From the IMG/VR virus record IMGVR_UViG_3300044667_000092, positions 1-40,691 of that record: a DNA stretch of 40,691 nucleotides, one strand, 5' to 3'. Position 1 is the first letter of the stretch, and every line of letters starts with the position of its first letter. Positions 8,979-18,746 of the stretch are shown here, one piece after another. The translations under genes were made by a program, and so were the position numbers. The stretch is from a virus (taxonomy: Duplodnaviria > Caudoviricetes). A model generated the notes under the pieces. The model was given only the letters and a program-made list of their open reading frames with translations, made no database searches and was not told where the DNA came from.

Positions 8979-11900
8979 ATGGCCTTCCAGGCGGGCACTG
9001 CCTTCGTCCCGGTCGTCCCCTCGTTCAAGGGCTTCCAGGCGCGCATCGCAAGTGAGTCCGGTGCGGGCGGCAAGCGGGGCGGCGAGGAGTTCGGCCGGTC
9101 GTTCGGGCCGGCCGCCGAGCGGAGCACGCGCGGCCTGGGCGAGCGGCTGCGTGGCGGCCTCGGCAAGCTCAACGACGCCATGGGCAAGATCGGCATCGCG
9201 GGCGGGGCGGCGCTCGGCGCGGGCCTGGTCAAGGCCGTGGACGCCTCGGCGGCGCAGGGCAAGCTGCAGGCGCAGCTCGGCCTGACGACCAAGGAGTCCC
9301 AGCGCTTCGGCAAGCTCGCCGGCTCCCTCTACGCATCGGCATACGGCGACAGCATCGAGGACGTCAACGACGCCATCGCCGCCGTGGTCTCGAGCATCGA
9401 CGGGATGCGCGGGGCGTCCGACGAGGCCGTGAAGGACATGACGGCCAAGGCGCTGACGCTGGCGCGGGTCTTCGACATCGACGTGTCTCGCGCCGTCCAG
9501 GTCATTGGGCAGCTCGTGAAGTCCGGGCTGGTGAAGAACGCGACCGAGGGCATGGACCTGCTGACGGCCACCCTGCAGAAGGTGCCCGCGGCGGTGCGCG
9601 AGGACGTCCTCGACGCGCTCGACGAGTACGGCCCGTTCATGCAGCAGATCGGCATCAAGGGCCAGCAGGCGTTCGAGCTGCTTGCGCAGGGTGCCGCCAA
9701 GGGCATGTACGGCATCGACAAGACCGGCGACGCCCTGAAGGAATTCACGATCCGGGCGACGGACATGTCGGCCAGCACGCAGAGCGCCTATAAGACGCTC
9801 GGCGTCGACACGCAGAAGGTCACCAGCGACCTGCTCGCGGGCGGGCAGCGAGGGTCGGCCGCCTTTCAGCTCATCATCAGCAAGCTGCAGGGGATCAAGG
9901 ACCCGGCCAAGCAGTCGCAGGCCGCCCTCGCGCTGTTCGGCACGCCGCTGGAAGACCTGTCCGTCGGCGAGATCCCGAAGTTCCTGCAGTCCCTGGACAC
10001 CACGCGGAACACGCTCGGGAACACCGCGGGCGCGGCGAACCGCATGGGCGACGCGATGCAGAACACCGCCGCGGCGAAGATCGAGCGGTTCAAGCGGTCC
10101 ATCGAGCAGGGCCTGACGCAGGCCGCGATGGGCGCGATCCCGACACTGGAGAAGCTCGCCACCTCGGCGAGCGGGCTCGGCATCACGCCGGCCGGGATTG
10201 GGCAGTTCGCCCTCGCGCTGACCGGGGTGGCCATCGCCGCGAGGGGCGCGTCGCTGGCGGTCAACGTTCTGACGGCCAGCGTCCGCGGGCACTCGATCGC
10301 CAGCGTGACCGCCGCGGCGGCGACCCGCACCTACGCGGGCGCGGTCGGCCTGCTGACCGGCTGGCGGAACGTGAACGCCGCGATGGCCACGAACGCCGGG
10401 CTGATGACGCGGATCGGCGCGGCGATGCGCTCGCAGGTGCTGCTGTGGCGGCAGATGGCCGCGGCTCAGGGCGTGTCCACGGCGCGGGTCATCCTGCACG
10501 CGGCAGCGCAGCGGGTCGCCGCCGCCGCGTCCGCCGTGTGGACGGGTGCGCAGTGGCTGCTGAACGCCGCCATGTCCGCGAACCCGATCGCGCTGGTGGT
10601 CATCGCCATCGCCGCCCTGGTCGCCGGGATTGTCATCGCCTACAAGAAGTCGGAGACGTTCCGCAACATCGTCAACGGCGTCTGGAACGCGATCAAGATC
10701 GGCGTCGTCACGGCGATCAACTTCGTGCGAGACCACTGGAAGCTGATCGGCGCGATCCTGCTCGGTCCGCTCGGCCCCGCATTCCTGATCATCACGACTT
10801 TCTGGCGGCAGATCTGGGGTGCCATTCAGGCGGCTTGGGGCATCATCCACCCGATCCTGAACGCGATAGTCGGCTTCCTGCGGGGCGCCTTCTCCATCGC
10901 GTGGATCGTCATCCAGAACACGATCAAAGTGGTCTGGATTGCGATCCAGATCTACATCAAGGTCGCCTGGACCCTCATCAAGGGCTACTTCAACTTGATG
11001 AAGTGGTACGTCACGCAGGTGCTGGCGCCGGTCTTTAAGTGGCTATACAACAACGTCGTCAAACCGGTGTGGTCGGCGATCAAGACGGCCATCGCCGTGC
11101 AGTGGGCCGCGATCAAGGTCATCTTCAACGCGATCAAGTCGTTCCTGGTGTCCACGCTCGGGCCCGCGTTCCGCACCTTCAAGGCGGCTGCGTCGGCCGC
11201 CTGGTCGTCGCTGAAGTCGGCCCTTTCGTCGACCTACAACGGCGGAATTCGTCCGGTGTTCAACGCCCTGAAGTCCGCGCTGAACACCGTGAAGAGCGCC
11301 TTCGGTACAGCCGTGTCCGCCATTAAAACCCACTGGGACAAATTGAAGGGAATCGCCAAGACTCCCGTCAACTTTGTCATTGGTATTTACAATAAAGGGA
11401 TTGTCGGCCTAGTTAACCGCCTGGCCGACTTCGCCGGAGTGAAGACGCGGCTCAACGAGATCCCGAAGCTGGCGCGCGGCGGCACGCTCGACAACCCGGC
11501 GGCCGCCTCGCCGTTCATGACGAACGGCCCGGTCGCGATCGTCGGCGAGGGCCGCAGCGCCTACCCCGAGTTCGTCATCCCCACCGACCCGAGATACAGG
11601 CGGCGTGCGCAGGCGCTCTGGGCGATGGCCGGCCAGAAGGTCATGGGCGAGAAGCCCGCGAACAAATGGCTGCGCGGCCCGAACGCGCTGAACGGTGAGG
11701 GCATCGGCTTCGCCCGCGGCGGCTCGCTGCAGACCCTGGCGATCGGCGGGATCATCGGCAAGTTCGTCGACGGGGTGAAGAACTTCACCGTCGGCAACAT
11801 CAGCAAGGGCGCCGAGACGCTGCTGTCCAAGGTGCTCGGCGGCACCGTGCCAGGCACCGGGACCTTCCGGGACGTGGTCGCTGCGATCCCCGGATGGATC

Positions 11901-12563
11901 AAGAAGTCCGTCCTGGACTGGATCAAGAAGAAGGTGGCGACGTTCGGCGGCGGCCCCGCGATGGAACGGGCGCTCGCTTGGGCGAAGACGCAGGCCGGGA
12001 AGCCCTACCAGTGGGGCGGCAACGGCAACCCGTCGTGGGACTGCTCGGGCTTCATGAGCGCCATCGAGAGCGTGATCCGGGGGCAGAAGCCGCACCGCCG
12101 GTGGGCGACGTCGAGCTTCAACGGCGGCACGCCGCCGGGCTGGCACCGCAACGCCAAGTCGGGGTTCATGATCGGCGTCCTGGACAACGGCAACGCGCAC
12201 GCCTCGCACACGGCCGGCACGCTGCTCGGCCACAACGTCGAGTCCTCCGGCAGCGGTGGAGTCCGCGTCGACCACGGCGCCCGCGGGTTCAACAACCCGA
12301 TGTTCCCGTGGCACTACGGCCTGAAGTTCGACGACGGCGGGCAGCTCCCGCAGGGCGCGACGCTGGCGCTGCACAACGCCCGCCGCCCGGACCGGGTGCT
12401 GACCGACGCGCAGTGGTCGGCGATCTACGGCGCGGCCCGCGGCGGCGACGGCCCGTCCACGGTGACGAACATCTACCCCCGCACCCTCGACATGACGGTC
12501 CGGGACCTGGAGACCCTGCAGCGCCGCCAGGACGCCCGCGCCAGAATAGGGAGGCCCCACTAA
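8979..12563 (+). CDS. tape measure protein with C-terminal NlpC/P60 domain
   Basis: 1194 aa, Ala/Gly-rich, with [14 protein letters not shown] and periodic Trp/Phe repeats. C-terminal GKPYQWGG...WDCSGF...HTAG. Confidence 0.93.
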   Translation: MAFQAGTAFVPVVPSFKGFQARIASESGAGGKRGGEEFGRSFGPAAERSTRGLGERLRGGLGKLNDAMGKIGIAGGAALGAGLVKAVDASAAQGKLQAQLGLTTKESQRFGKLAGSLYASAYGDSIEDVNDAIAAVVSSIDGMRGASDEAVKDMTAKALTLARVFDIDVSRAVQVIGQLVKSGLVKNATEGMDLLTATLQKVPAAVREDVLDALDEYGPFMQQIGIKGQQAFELLAQGAAKGMYGIDKTGDALKEFTIRATDMSASTQSAYKTLGVDTQKVTSDLLAGGQRGSAAFQLIISKLQGIKDPAKQSQAALALFGTPLEDLSVGEIPKFLQSLDTTRNTLGNTAGAANRMGDAMQNTAAAKIERFKRSIEQGLTQAAMGAIPTLEKLATSASGLGITPAGIGQFALALTGVAIAARGASLAVNVLTASVRGHSIASVTAAAATRTYAGAVGLLTGWRNVNAAMATNAGLMTRIGAAMRSQVLLWRQMAAAQGVSTARVILHAAAQRVAAAASAVWTGAQWLLNAAMSANPIALVVIAIAALVAGIVIAYKKSETFRNIVNGVWNAIKIGVVTAINFVRDHWKLIGAILLGPLGPAFLIITTFWRQIWGAIQAAWGIIHPILNAIVGFLRGAFSIAWIVIQNTIKVVWIAIQIYIKVAWTLIKGYFNLMKWYVTQVLAPVFKWLYNNVVKPVWSAIKTAIAVQWAAIKVIFNAIKSFLVSTLGPAFRTFKAAASAAWSSLKSALSSTYNGGIRPVFNALKSALNTVKSAFGTAVSAIKTHWDKLKGIAKTPVNFVIGIYNKGIVGLVNRLADFAGVKTRLNEIPKLARGGTLDNPAAASPFMTNGPVAIVGEGRSAYPEFVIPTDPRYRRRAQALWAMAGQKVMGEKPANKWLRGPNALNGEGIGFARGGSLQTLAIGGIIGKFVDGVKNFTVGNISKGAETLLSKVLGGTVPGTGTFRDVVAAIPGWIKKSVLDWIKKKVATFGGGPAMERALAWAKTQAGKPYQWGGNGNPSWDCSGFMSAIESVIRGQKPHRRWATSSFNGGTPPGWHRNAKSGFMIGVLDNGNAHASHTAGTLLGHNVESSGSGGVRVDHGARGFNNPMFPWHYGLKFDDGGQLPQGATLALHNARRPDRVLTDAQWSAIYGAARGGDGPSTVTNIYPRTLDMTVRDLETLQRRQDARARIGRPH

Positions 12564-13508
12564 ATGCCGGTCATCGCAGGGTCCGCGCCGGTCCGGCCGG
12601 CGCCGCCCGGTGGCGCCCCCACCGGGTTCGCCACGGCCTCCTACACGGCGCCGGACGGAACGGTGTGGCCGCTCACCGACCCGCGCACCGGGTGGTTCAC
12701 CGTGAGCGAGGGCGTGTCCGGGATCGACATGACGTCCTACGCGCTCACCAAGGACGACTATCCGCGCGGCGGCAGCAGGTTGCGCAGCTACCAGGCGGAG
12801 GAGCGCGCGGTCATCTGGCCGCTGCACGTCTTCGGCCGCGACCACATGGAGTTCATCGGACGGTGGCGGGCGCTCGGCGAGGCGTTCGCCGCGAGCCTGC
12901 ACGACGGTCCCGGCTGGCTGGAGATCGCCCGCCCAGACGGCGGCCGCCGCCGCGTCCGCGTCGTCTATCAGGAGGGGTTCGAGGGGCAGGGCAAGCAGGG
13001 CACGGGCATCATCAGCGACACCGCCATCCTGACCCTGTACGCGCCTGACCCCTACTGGGTCGACCCTGTCCCGATCAGCGAGCGCCGCGAGCACGCCGGC
13101 ACCGGCCGGGACTTCTTCGACCCCTATCCGGCCGTGTCGTCCGGGCAGGTCCTCGGGACGACCACGCTGACCAACCCCGGCAGCGTGGAGGCCTGGCCGA
13201 CCTGGACGATCACCGGCCCCGCGTCCGGCGCGACCATGACCAACCTGGACACCGGCGAGAGTTTCTCTGTCGACCCGACCGCGGTCGGGCACGGGCTCCT
13301 GCTCGCCGGCGAACAGGTCACCGTCACCACCGACCCGCCGCGCGTCCGCTACCAGGACGGCTCGATCTGGACGGGCGCCCTCAACTGGCCGTCCGCGGTC
13401 CTGTGGTCCCTCCGGAAGGGCGTGAACCACGTCAGCTTCCAGGTGGACGGGGTCGGCGACGGCTCGGCCGTCGAGGTGTCGTTCAACGCCCGCTACGAGA
13501 TGGCCTGA
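12564..13508 (+). CDS. distal tail protein (Dit-like minor tail)
   Basis: First gene after the TMP; APDPYW, TNPGSVEAWPTWTITGP, LRKGVNHV motifs. Confidence 0.8.
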   Translation: MPVIAGSAPVRPAPPGGAPTGFATASYTAPDGTVWPLTDPRTGWFTVSEGVSGIDMTSYALTKDDYPRGGSRLRSYQAEERAVIWPLHVFGRDHMEFIGRWRALGEAFAASLHDGPGWLEIARPDGGRRRVRVVYQEGFEGQGKQGTGIISDTAILTLYAPDPYWVDPVPISERREHAGTGRDFFDPYPAVSSGQVLGTTTLTNPGSVEAWPTWTITGPASGATMTNLDTGESFSVDPTAVGHGLLLAGEQVTVTTDPPRVRYQDGSIWTGALNWPSAVLWSLRKGVNHVSFQVDGVGDGSAVEVSFNARYEMA

Positions 13509-14722
13509 TGGCGATCACGCTGCTGGTCACGGACCGGAACCTCAACCCGCTCGGCGACCCGCTGGACGGCTGGACGGCGCTCGACGTCACCCGCAAGTTC
13601 AACGAGCCCGCGTCCGGGTCGGTGACGCTGCCGGCGACGCCGGAGGCGATGAGCATCCTGCAGCCCGGGAACCGGATCGTCGTCGTGCGGGACGGGAAGA
13701 TCTGGACGGCCGGGCCGATGGAGGTCCCGAGCGAGTTCGAGGTCGGGTACGGCGGCGGCGACTCCGGCGGTGAGCAGGCCCCACCCGGGCAGATCACCAT
13801 CGACTTCACCGACGACCTGGCGCTCATCGCCGGATACATCACCTGGCCCGCCCCGGCGTCGGCGTGGACGGCGCAGCCCACCGGGACCTGGCGGACGATC
13901 CCGTCCGGCACCGGCGAGGCCATCATCCGGCAGCTCGTCACCGAGAACTGCGGGCCGTCCGCGCGCGCCGAACGGCGCATCCCACGGCTGATCCTGGGTG
14001 CCGCGTCCGGCGCCGGCACGAACACGACCGTCAGCACGCGGTTCGAGGCGCTCCTCGACACCTGCCGCCGGGTCGCCATCGACGGCGGCGGCGTGGGATT
14101 CCGGACCCGGCAGGACGGCCGCGACATCGTGTTCGAGGTCTACGAGCCGCGCGACCTCACCGCGACGGCGCGGTTCAGCTTCGGCCTCGGCAACCTGCGG
14201 TACCTGCGGGCGAAGGTCAGCGCGCCGACCGTCACGCACGCCCTGGTCGCCGGGTCCGAGCCGTCCGCCGACGACACCAGCGGCCCGACGACCCGGACGT
14301 ACGTCGAGGTGGCCGACGCCGCGCAGGCCGCGGCCTGGTATCGGGTCGAGCAGTTCGTCGATGGCTCGGCGGCCGACGACTCCGCGGGCGAGCTCACGCA
14401 GGCGGGCCGTGAGCAGCTCGCCGGCGGCGCCGCGCCCGTCGAGCTGGCGACCGTGACCGTCGACCTGCCGGACGAACCCGGGCAGCCCGGCAGTGGCCTG
14501 ATCGCGGGCCGCGACTTCGACCTCGGCGACCGGGTGGCTATCGCGCTGCCCAACGGCGCCCAGGTCGCCGACCTCGTTCGCTCGATCCACCTGCAGGCCA
14601 CCCCGAAGACCGGCGAGTACCTGACGGCGCTGGTCGGGTCGTCTGAGGCCACCACGGACCCGCAGGTCGTCCGGATCGTCCGCAACCTCAGCCGCCGCGT
14701 CGGCCGCATCACCGCCCGCTGA
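13508..14722 (+). CDS. minor tail / baseplate hub protein (Gp37-like)
   Basis: ATG overlaps the upstream stop. RKFNEPASGSVTLP, FEVYEPRD, GRDFDLGDRV motifs; synteny. Confidence 0.78.
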   Translation: MAITLLVTDRNLNPLGDPLDGWTALDVTRKFNEPASGSVTLPATPEAMSILQPGNRIVVVRDGKIWTAGPMEVPSEFEVGYGGGDSGGEQAPPGQITIDFTDDLALIAGYITWPAPASAWTAQPTGTWRTIPSGTGEAIIRQLVTENCGPSARAERRIPRLILGAASGAGTNTTVSTRFEALLDTCRRVAIDGGGVGFRTRQDGRDIVFEVYEPRDLTATARFSFGLGNLRYLRAKVSAPTVTHALVAGSEPSADDTSGPTTRTYVEVADAAQAAAWYRVEQFVDGSAADDSAGELTQAGREQLAGGAAPVELATVTVDLPDEPGQPGSGLIAGRDFDLGDRVAIALPNGAQVADLVRSIHLQATPKTGEYLTALVGSSEATTDPQVVRIVRNLSRRVGRITAR

Positions 14723-14737
14723 TCGAAAGAGAGACCG

Positions 14738-15670
14738 ATGCCGCAATCCAGTTGGCCCGACCCCGCGAACGGGCGGGTCGTCACCGAGGCGCAGTTCGAG
14801 ATCCTCGGCGCCCGCATGACCGAGGATGGCCTGTACTGGAAGCCGGGCGACCAAAAGCCGGTCGACGCGGACGGCACCGGCGGCCTCGTCGTGAAGCTCC
14901 CCGGCGGGCTCAACGGCCAGGTGCGCGGCTTCGCCTGGACGTCCGGGGAAGGCGACACGCTCACCGTCGCGCCGAACTCCACCGGCCAGAACCGGCTCGA
15001 CCGCGTTGTCCTGCGGCTCGACCGGACGAACTGGACGGTCCGCGCCGTGGTGAAGACGGGCGGAACCTCGCTCCCGCCGGTGACGCGGAACGCCGCCGCC
15101 GGCGGCGTCTGGGAAGTCCACCTGGCCGAGGTCACGGTGCCTAACGGCGCGACGGCGCTGACGACGGACCGGGTCGTCGCCCGGCCGGTCGCAGTCGGGT
15201 CGCGGGTGCGCGTGCAGTGGAGCACGAACAGGAACCCGAGCCCCCTGCAGGGCGAGATCGCGTACGAGGTCGACACCGGCCGATGGGTCGGATGGAACGG
15301 CACCGCGTGGGTGTCCCTCGGCCTCGACGACATCGGCGACACCGCCCTCGCGCTCGGCCCGAAGTGGAAGCCGGACGGCTCCAACCTCGTCACGAAGTCC
15401 GGCCGCATGGTGGACATCGAACTGAACCTCATCTTCGGCGAGGTGAAGGACGAGGTGATCTTCAAGGGGAACGTGAAGGGCTTGCTCATCGCGACGCTGC
15501 CCTCGAACAAGTTCTTCCCGACCCGCAACAAGTACACGCTCGGGTCGCTGTCCAGCGGCGGGACCGTCGACATCCAGGTCCAGCCGGACGGCAAGATCAC
15601 AGCCTGGCGGGCGAGCGAGAACCTCGACGACGGCCAGACGTTCCGCGCGACCGTGACCTACCTGATCTGA
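14738..15670 (+). CDS. minor tail protein
   Basis: MPQSSWP start, NRLDRVVLRLD and WEVHLAEVTVP motifs common in actinomycete phage tail proteins; beta-rich C-terminus. Confidence 0.75.
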   Translation: MPQSSWPDPANGRVVTEAQFEILGARMTEDGLYWKPGDQKPVDADGTGGLVVKLPGGLNGQVRGFAWTSGEGDTLTVAPNSTGQNRLDRVVLRLDRTNWTVRAVVKTGGTSLPPVTRNAAAGGVWEVHLAEVTVPNGATALTTDRVVARPVAVGSRVRVQWSTNRNPSPLQGEIAYEVDTGRWVGWNGTAWVSLGLDDIGDTALALGPKWKPDGSNLVTKSGRMVDIELNLIFGEVKDEVIFKGNVKGLLIATLPSNKFFPTRNKYTLGSLSSGGTVDIQVQPDGKITAWRASENLDDGQTFRATVTYLI

Positions 15671-15680
15671 GGGGGACGCC

Positions 15681-16808
15681 ATGACCCGCTACCTGTACGG
15701 GGGCGTCGCCGACTACGTCCTCTACGCCGACCCGGCCGACCCCGACGGGCTGCGGCCCGTACGCCTCAAGCCCGGCGCCGTCCTGCGGTTCTACAACGCT
15801 CTGATCGGCGGCGACGAGTACACCAGCCTCCAGGACGGGTCCGGCACCGACGTTTCGCCGGGCTCGATCGTCGCCGACGGCACGGGCGGGATGCCGCCGA
15901 CCTACGGCCCGGACGACGTCCTGCTCATGTACATGAGCGCCGACGGCGGCCCCCGCCGCGCGATCATCCCCATCGACGCGGCGTCCCGGCTCGCGTCCAG
16001 CGTCGCCTCGTACACCGACGAGATGGCCGCCATCGCCGGCAAGCTCACCGGCGTCGGCGCGATCACCGCCGGACCGACCGAGCCGGCGAACCCGGCGGAC
16101 GGCGACGTGTGGCTCGACACCTCGCAGGCTGTCGGCGCGGACCCGGTCGCGTTCGTGGCCGCGTCCGGCATCGACAACCCCGCGAGCTCGGCCGACACGA
16201 CGTGCCCGCTGCCCGCCGGGATCCAGCCCGGCCACATGATGCTGCTCGCCGTCAGCGCGGACGTGTCCGGCGGCGGGTTCCTGCAGACGCCGCCCGCCGG
16301 ATGGACCGAGCTGATCCCCGCCGCGAACGTGGGCACGGGCGACACGTTCGCCGGGTTCTGGTGGAAGGTCGCGGTCGCCGGCGAGACGGCGCCGCTGATC
16401 CGGATGAACAGCGCCCGCAAGGCCACTGCGGCGATCGTCGCCTACTCCGGGTCGGCGACCACGCCGCACGTCATCGGCGCCGCCGGGACTCGCGCCGACG
16501 GCAGCAGCGTCAACACCACGACGGCGCCGGCGCTGACCACGACCGTCCCGAACTGCCTCGTCGCGTCCCTGTTCATCGAGAAGAGCGGGAACGCGGCCAC
16601 GATCACCGACCCGGCCGGCACCACCCGCCGCGCGGCGAGGATCCCGGCGCTCGGGTCGAGCTCGCCGTCCGTGCTGATCGTGGACGCCGCGCAGGACACC
16701 GCAGGCGCGACCCCGGCGCGCACCGCGACCTACCTGACGGCCGCGGCCGCCGCGGCGAACAGCGACAACGGCAGGGGTCTGCAGGTGGCGTTGCGGAGGG
16801 TCGGGTGA
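15681..16808 (+). CDS. minor tail / fibre protein
   Basis: MTRYLYGG start, PTEPANPADGDVWLDTS linker, Thr/Ala-rich beta domain (PAGWTEL). Confidence 0.7.
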   Translation: MTRYLYGGVADYVLYADPADPDGLRPVRLKPGAVLRFYNALIGGDEYTSLQDGSGTDVSPGSIVADGTGGMPPTYGPDDVLLMYMSADGGPRRAIIPIDAASRLASSVASYTDEMAAIAGKLTGVGAITAGPTEPANPADGDVWLDTSQAVGADPVAFVAASGIDNPASSADTTCPLPAGIQPGHMMLLAVSADVSGGGFLQTPPAGWTELIPAANVGTGDTFAGFWWKVAVAGETAPLIRMNSARKATAAIVAYSGSATTPHVIGAAGTRADGSSVNTTTAPALTTTVPNCLVASLFIEKSGNAATITDPAGTTRRAARIPALGSSSPSVLIVDAAQDTAGATPARTATYLTAAAAAANSDNGRGLQVALRRVG

Positions 16809-18148
16809 CCGTCCATCACTGCTGGGTCGGCGCGCCGACCGCCGGGAGCGCACGGCTGTCGACCAGGACGTCCGGCGTCGGGTCGCTGCGGTGGGTCGTG
16901 TCGACGTCCGCGGACCTGTCCTCGCCGCTGTTCGCCTCGGCGGTGGCGCCGGACGCCGCCGGGCTGGCCAAGCACGTCATCACCGGCCTGACCGCGGGCA
17001 CCCCGTACTTCTACGGGCTGGAGGCCGACGGGGTGCTCCTGACCGAGACGACCAGCCGCGGCCGGTTCCGCACGCTCCCGGTCGACGGCAGCCAGTCCTC
17101 GTTCAGCTTCTGGTTCGCGTCCTGCCGACGGACGGACTCCAACCACGTCGTCTACGACGCCATCCGGGCCCGCGACCCGCTGATGGGCCTGATGCTCGGC
17201 GACATCGGGTACGACGACCCGGGCTCGGAGGCCGTCACCCGGTACATGTGGCAGACCGGCCTGGCGCAACCCCGCTGGGGCCAGCTCGTCCGCGAGGTCG
17301 CGACCACGTACACCTACGACAATCACGACTTCTGCGCACCGCTTCCGGGGGCGTGGGGCGAGTCCCCGAACGCCGCCATCGCGCAGTCCTACGCGCGCGC
17401 CTACGCGACGCACTACCCGCTCCCGGACAACGGCCTGTACGTCACGTGGCGGATCGGACGGTGCCGGTTCATCCAGCTCGACACCCGCACCATGCGGACC
17501 GACCCGGCCGCGCCGGACGGCACCGCCAAGACCGTGTTCGGCGACGCTCAGAAAGCATGGTTCAAGCAGCTTCTCGCGCAGTCGACCGAGCCGCTGATCT
17601 TCATCGTCCTGAGCTTCCCGTTCCGGCCGGGCGCGACGCCGGACCGGTGGGGGACGTACGTCACCGAGTATCAGGAGCTCGTCGCGTTCATCGCCGGCGT
17701 GCCCGGCCTCGCGTCTCGGGTCGTGTGGCTCAGCGGGGACATGCACGCGCTCGCCGCGGACGACGGGACGCACTCGCCCAACGGCAGCGTCCAGCTCGTC
17801 GCGGCCGCCCTCGACCAGGACGGGCAGTCCAGCGGCGGCCTGTACTTCAACGCGGCGTCCTGGTCGGCCGGGTGGGCGCCGAACGTCACCGGCCGCGGCC
17901 AGTACGGCTACGTGACCGTGACCGACTCCGGCGACTCGATCGGCGTCGCCTACCGGGGATACGACCACACCGGCGCCACGCTGGTCAGCCTCGACCACAC
18001 CTTCGCAGCCGCCCCGGGCGCGCCGGCGCCGCTGAACGTCCGCGTCCGCATCGGCGGCGAGTGGGTCAACGCCGTGCCGCGGGTGCGCAAGAGCGGCGCC
18101 TGGGTGGAGGCCGTGATGCGGCAGCGGCACAGCGGCACATGGAGCTGA
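16805..18148 (+). CDS. PhoD-like (alkaline phosphatase D family) metallophosphoesterase, probably tail-associated
   Basis: GTG overlaps the upstream stop. Fn3-like N-terminus (ITGLTAGTPYFYG), then FASC, GDIGYDD, YDNHDF, LDTR, SGDMH motifs. No signal peptide; C-terminal RxGGxW-type repeats. Confidence 0.82.
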   Translation: MTVHHCWVGAPTAGSARLSTRTSGVGSLRWVVSTSADLSSPLFASAVAPDAAGLAKHVITGLTAGTPYFYGLEADGVLLTETTSRGRFRTLPVDGSQSSFSFWFASCRRTDSNHVVYDAIRARDPLMGLMLGDIGYDDPGSEAVTRYMWQTGLAQPRWGQLVREVATTYTYDNHDFCAPLPGAWGESPNAAIAQSYARAYATHYPLPDNGLYVTWRIGRCRFIQLDTRTMRTDPAAPDGTAKTVFGDAQKAWFKQLLAQSTEPLIFIVLSFPFRPGATPDRWGTYVTEYQELVAFIAGVPGLASRVVWLSGDMHALAADDGTHSPNGSVQLVAAALDQDGQSSGGLYFNAASWSAGWAPNVTGRGQYGYVTVTDSGDSIGVAYRGYDHTGATLVSLDHTFAAAPGAPAPLNVRVRIGGEWVNAVPRVRKSGAWVEAVMRQRHSGTWS

Positions 18149-18172
18149 AACAAATAGTGAGGGAGTGATCGG

Positions 18173-18454
18173 GTGTGGCGTGGCCCAGCGTGGGTGACAG
18201 TCCTTCGGGATTTGGTGCTGCTCGTGCTTCCGGGCGCGGCGTTCATCATCGAGGCGCTGAAGCGGCAGCCCAACGTGGAGTTGCTCGTGCTGTACATGGC
18301 GCTGGTGTCGGCTCCGGGCCTGGCCGGGGCGATCTTCCTGGCTCGGAATGGGGCTGGGCCTGGCGGTATCGAACCGCCGTCGCCGCCGTCAGTGCCACCG
18401 CTGCCCTCACCGCCCTCGTCATCATCGCCTACCTCCTCTTCGCCGGGGACCTGA
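18173..18454 (+). CDS. membrane protein (lysis cassette, holin-like)
   Basis: Two hydrophobic segments followed by a Pro/Ser tail; GGGAG RBS; upstream of the endolysin. Confidence 0.6.
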   Translation: MWRGPAWVTVLRDLVLLVLPGAAFIIEALKRQPNVELLVLYMALVSAPGLAGAIFLARNGAGPGGIEPPSPPSVPPLPSPPSSSSPTSSSPGT

Positions 18455-18458
18455 AGTG

Positions 18459-18746
18459 ATGCACGGGATGCTGACGTCGACCGGCGCGATCCGGGCCCGG
18501 TGGGCGGTGCTGATGGTGCTGGTCGCGGCGGTGCTGGTCGGCGCCGGGAACGTGGCCTACACCAGCTACGTGCAGCGGCAGACCGACGTCCGGCAGGAGC
18601 ACGCGCGGCGGGAGGCCGACCAGCGGTGGTGCGCCCTGATGGCCAAGCTCGACCAGCCTGAGCAGCCCGCGACGACCGAGCGGGGCCGCGCGATCCAGCA
18701 GCAGATCCACCAGCTACGCCGCGACCTGGGATGCGAGGAGAACTGA
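18459..18746 (+). CDS. single-pass membrane protein (lysis cassette)
   Basis: N-terminal TM (WAVLMVLVAAVLVGAG), two Cys, coiled C-terminus; stop abuts the endolysin ATG. Confidence 0.65.
   Translation: MHGMLTSTGAIRARWAVLMVLVAAVLVGAGNVAYTSYVQRQTDVRQEHARREADQRWCALMAKLDQPEQPATTERGRAIQQQIHQLRRDLGCEEN

Noticed and set aside
14738-18148. Diversity-generating retroelement or invertible tail-fibre cassette
   Set aside because: No reverse transcriptase, invertase or duplicated template/variable repeat seen.
16805-18148. PhoD as a phosphate-starvation auxiliary metabolic gene
   Set aside because: Not excluded, but disfavoured: no export signal, no separate promoter gap, and it is coupled to tail genes.
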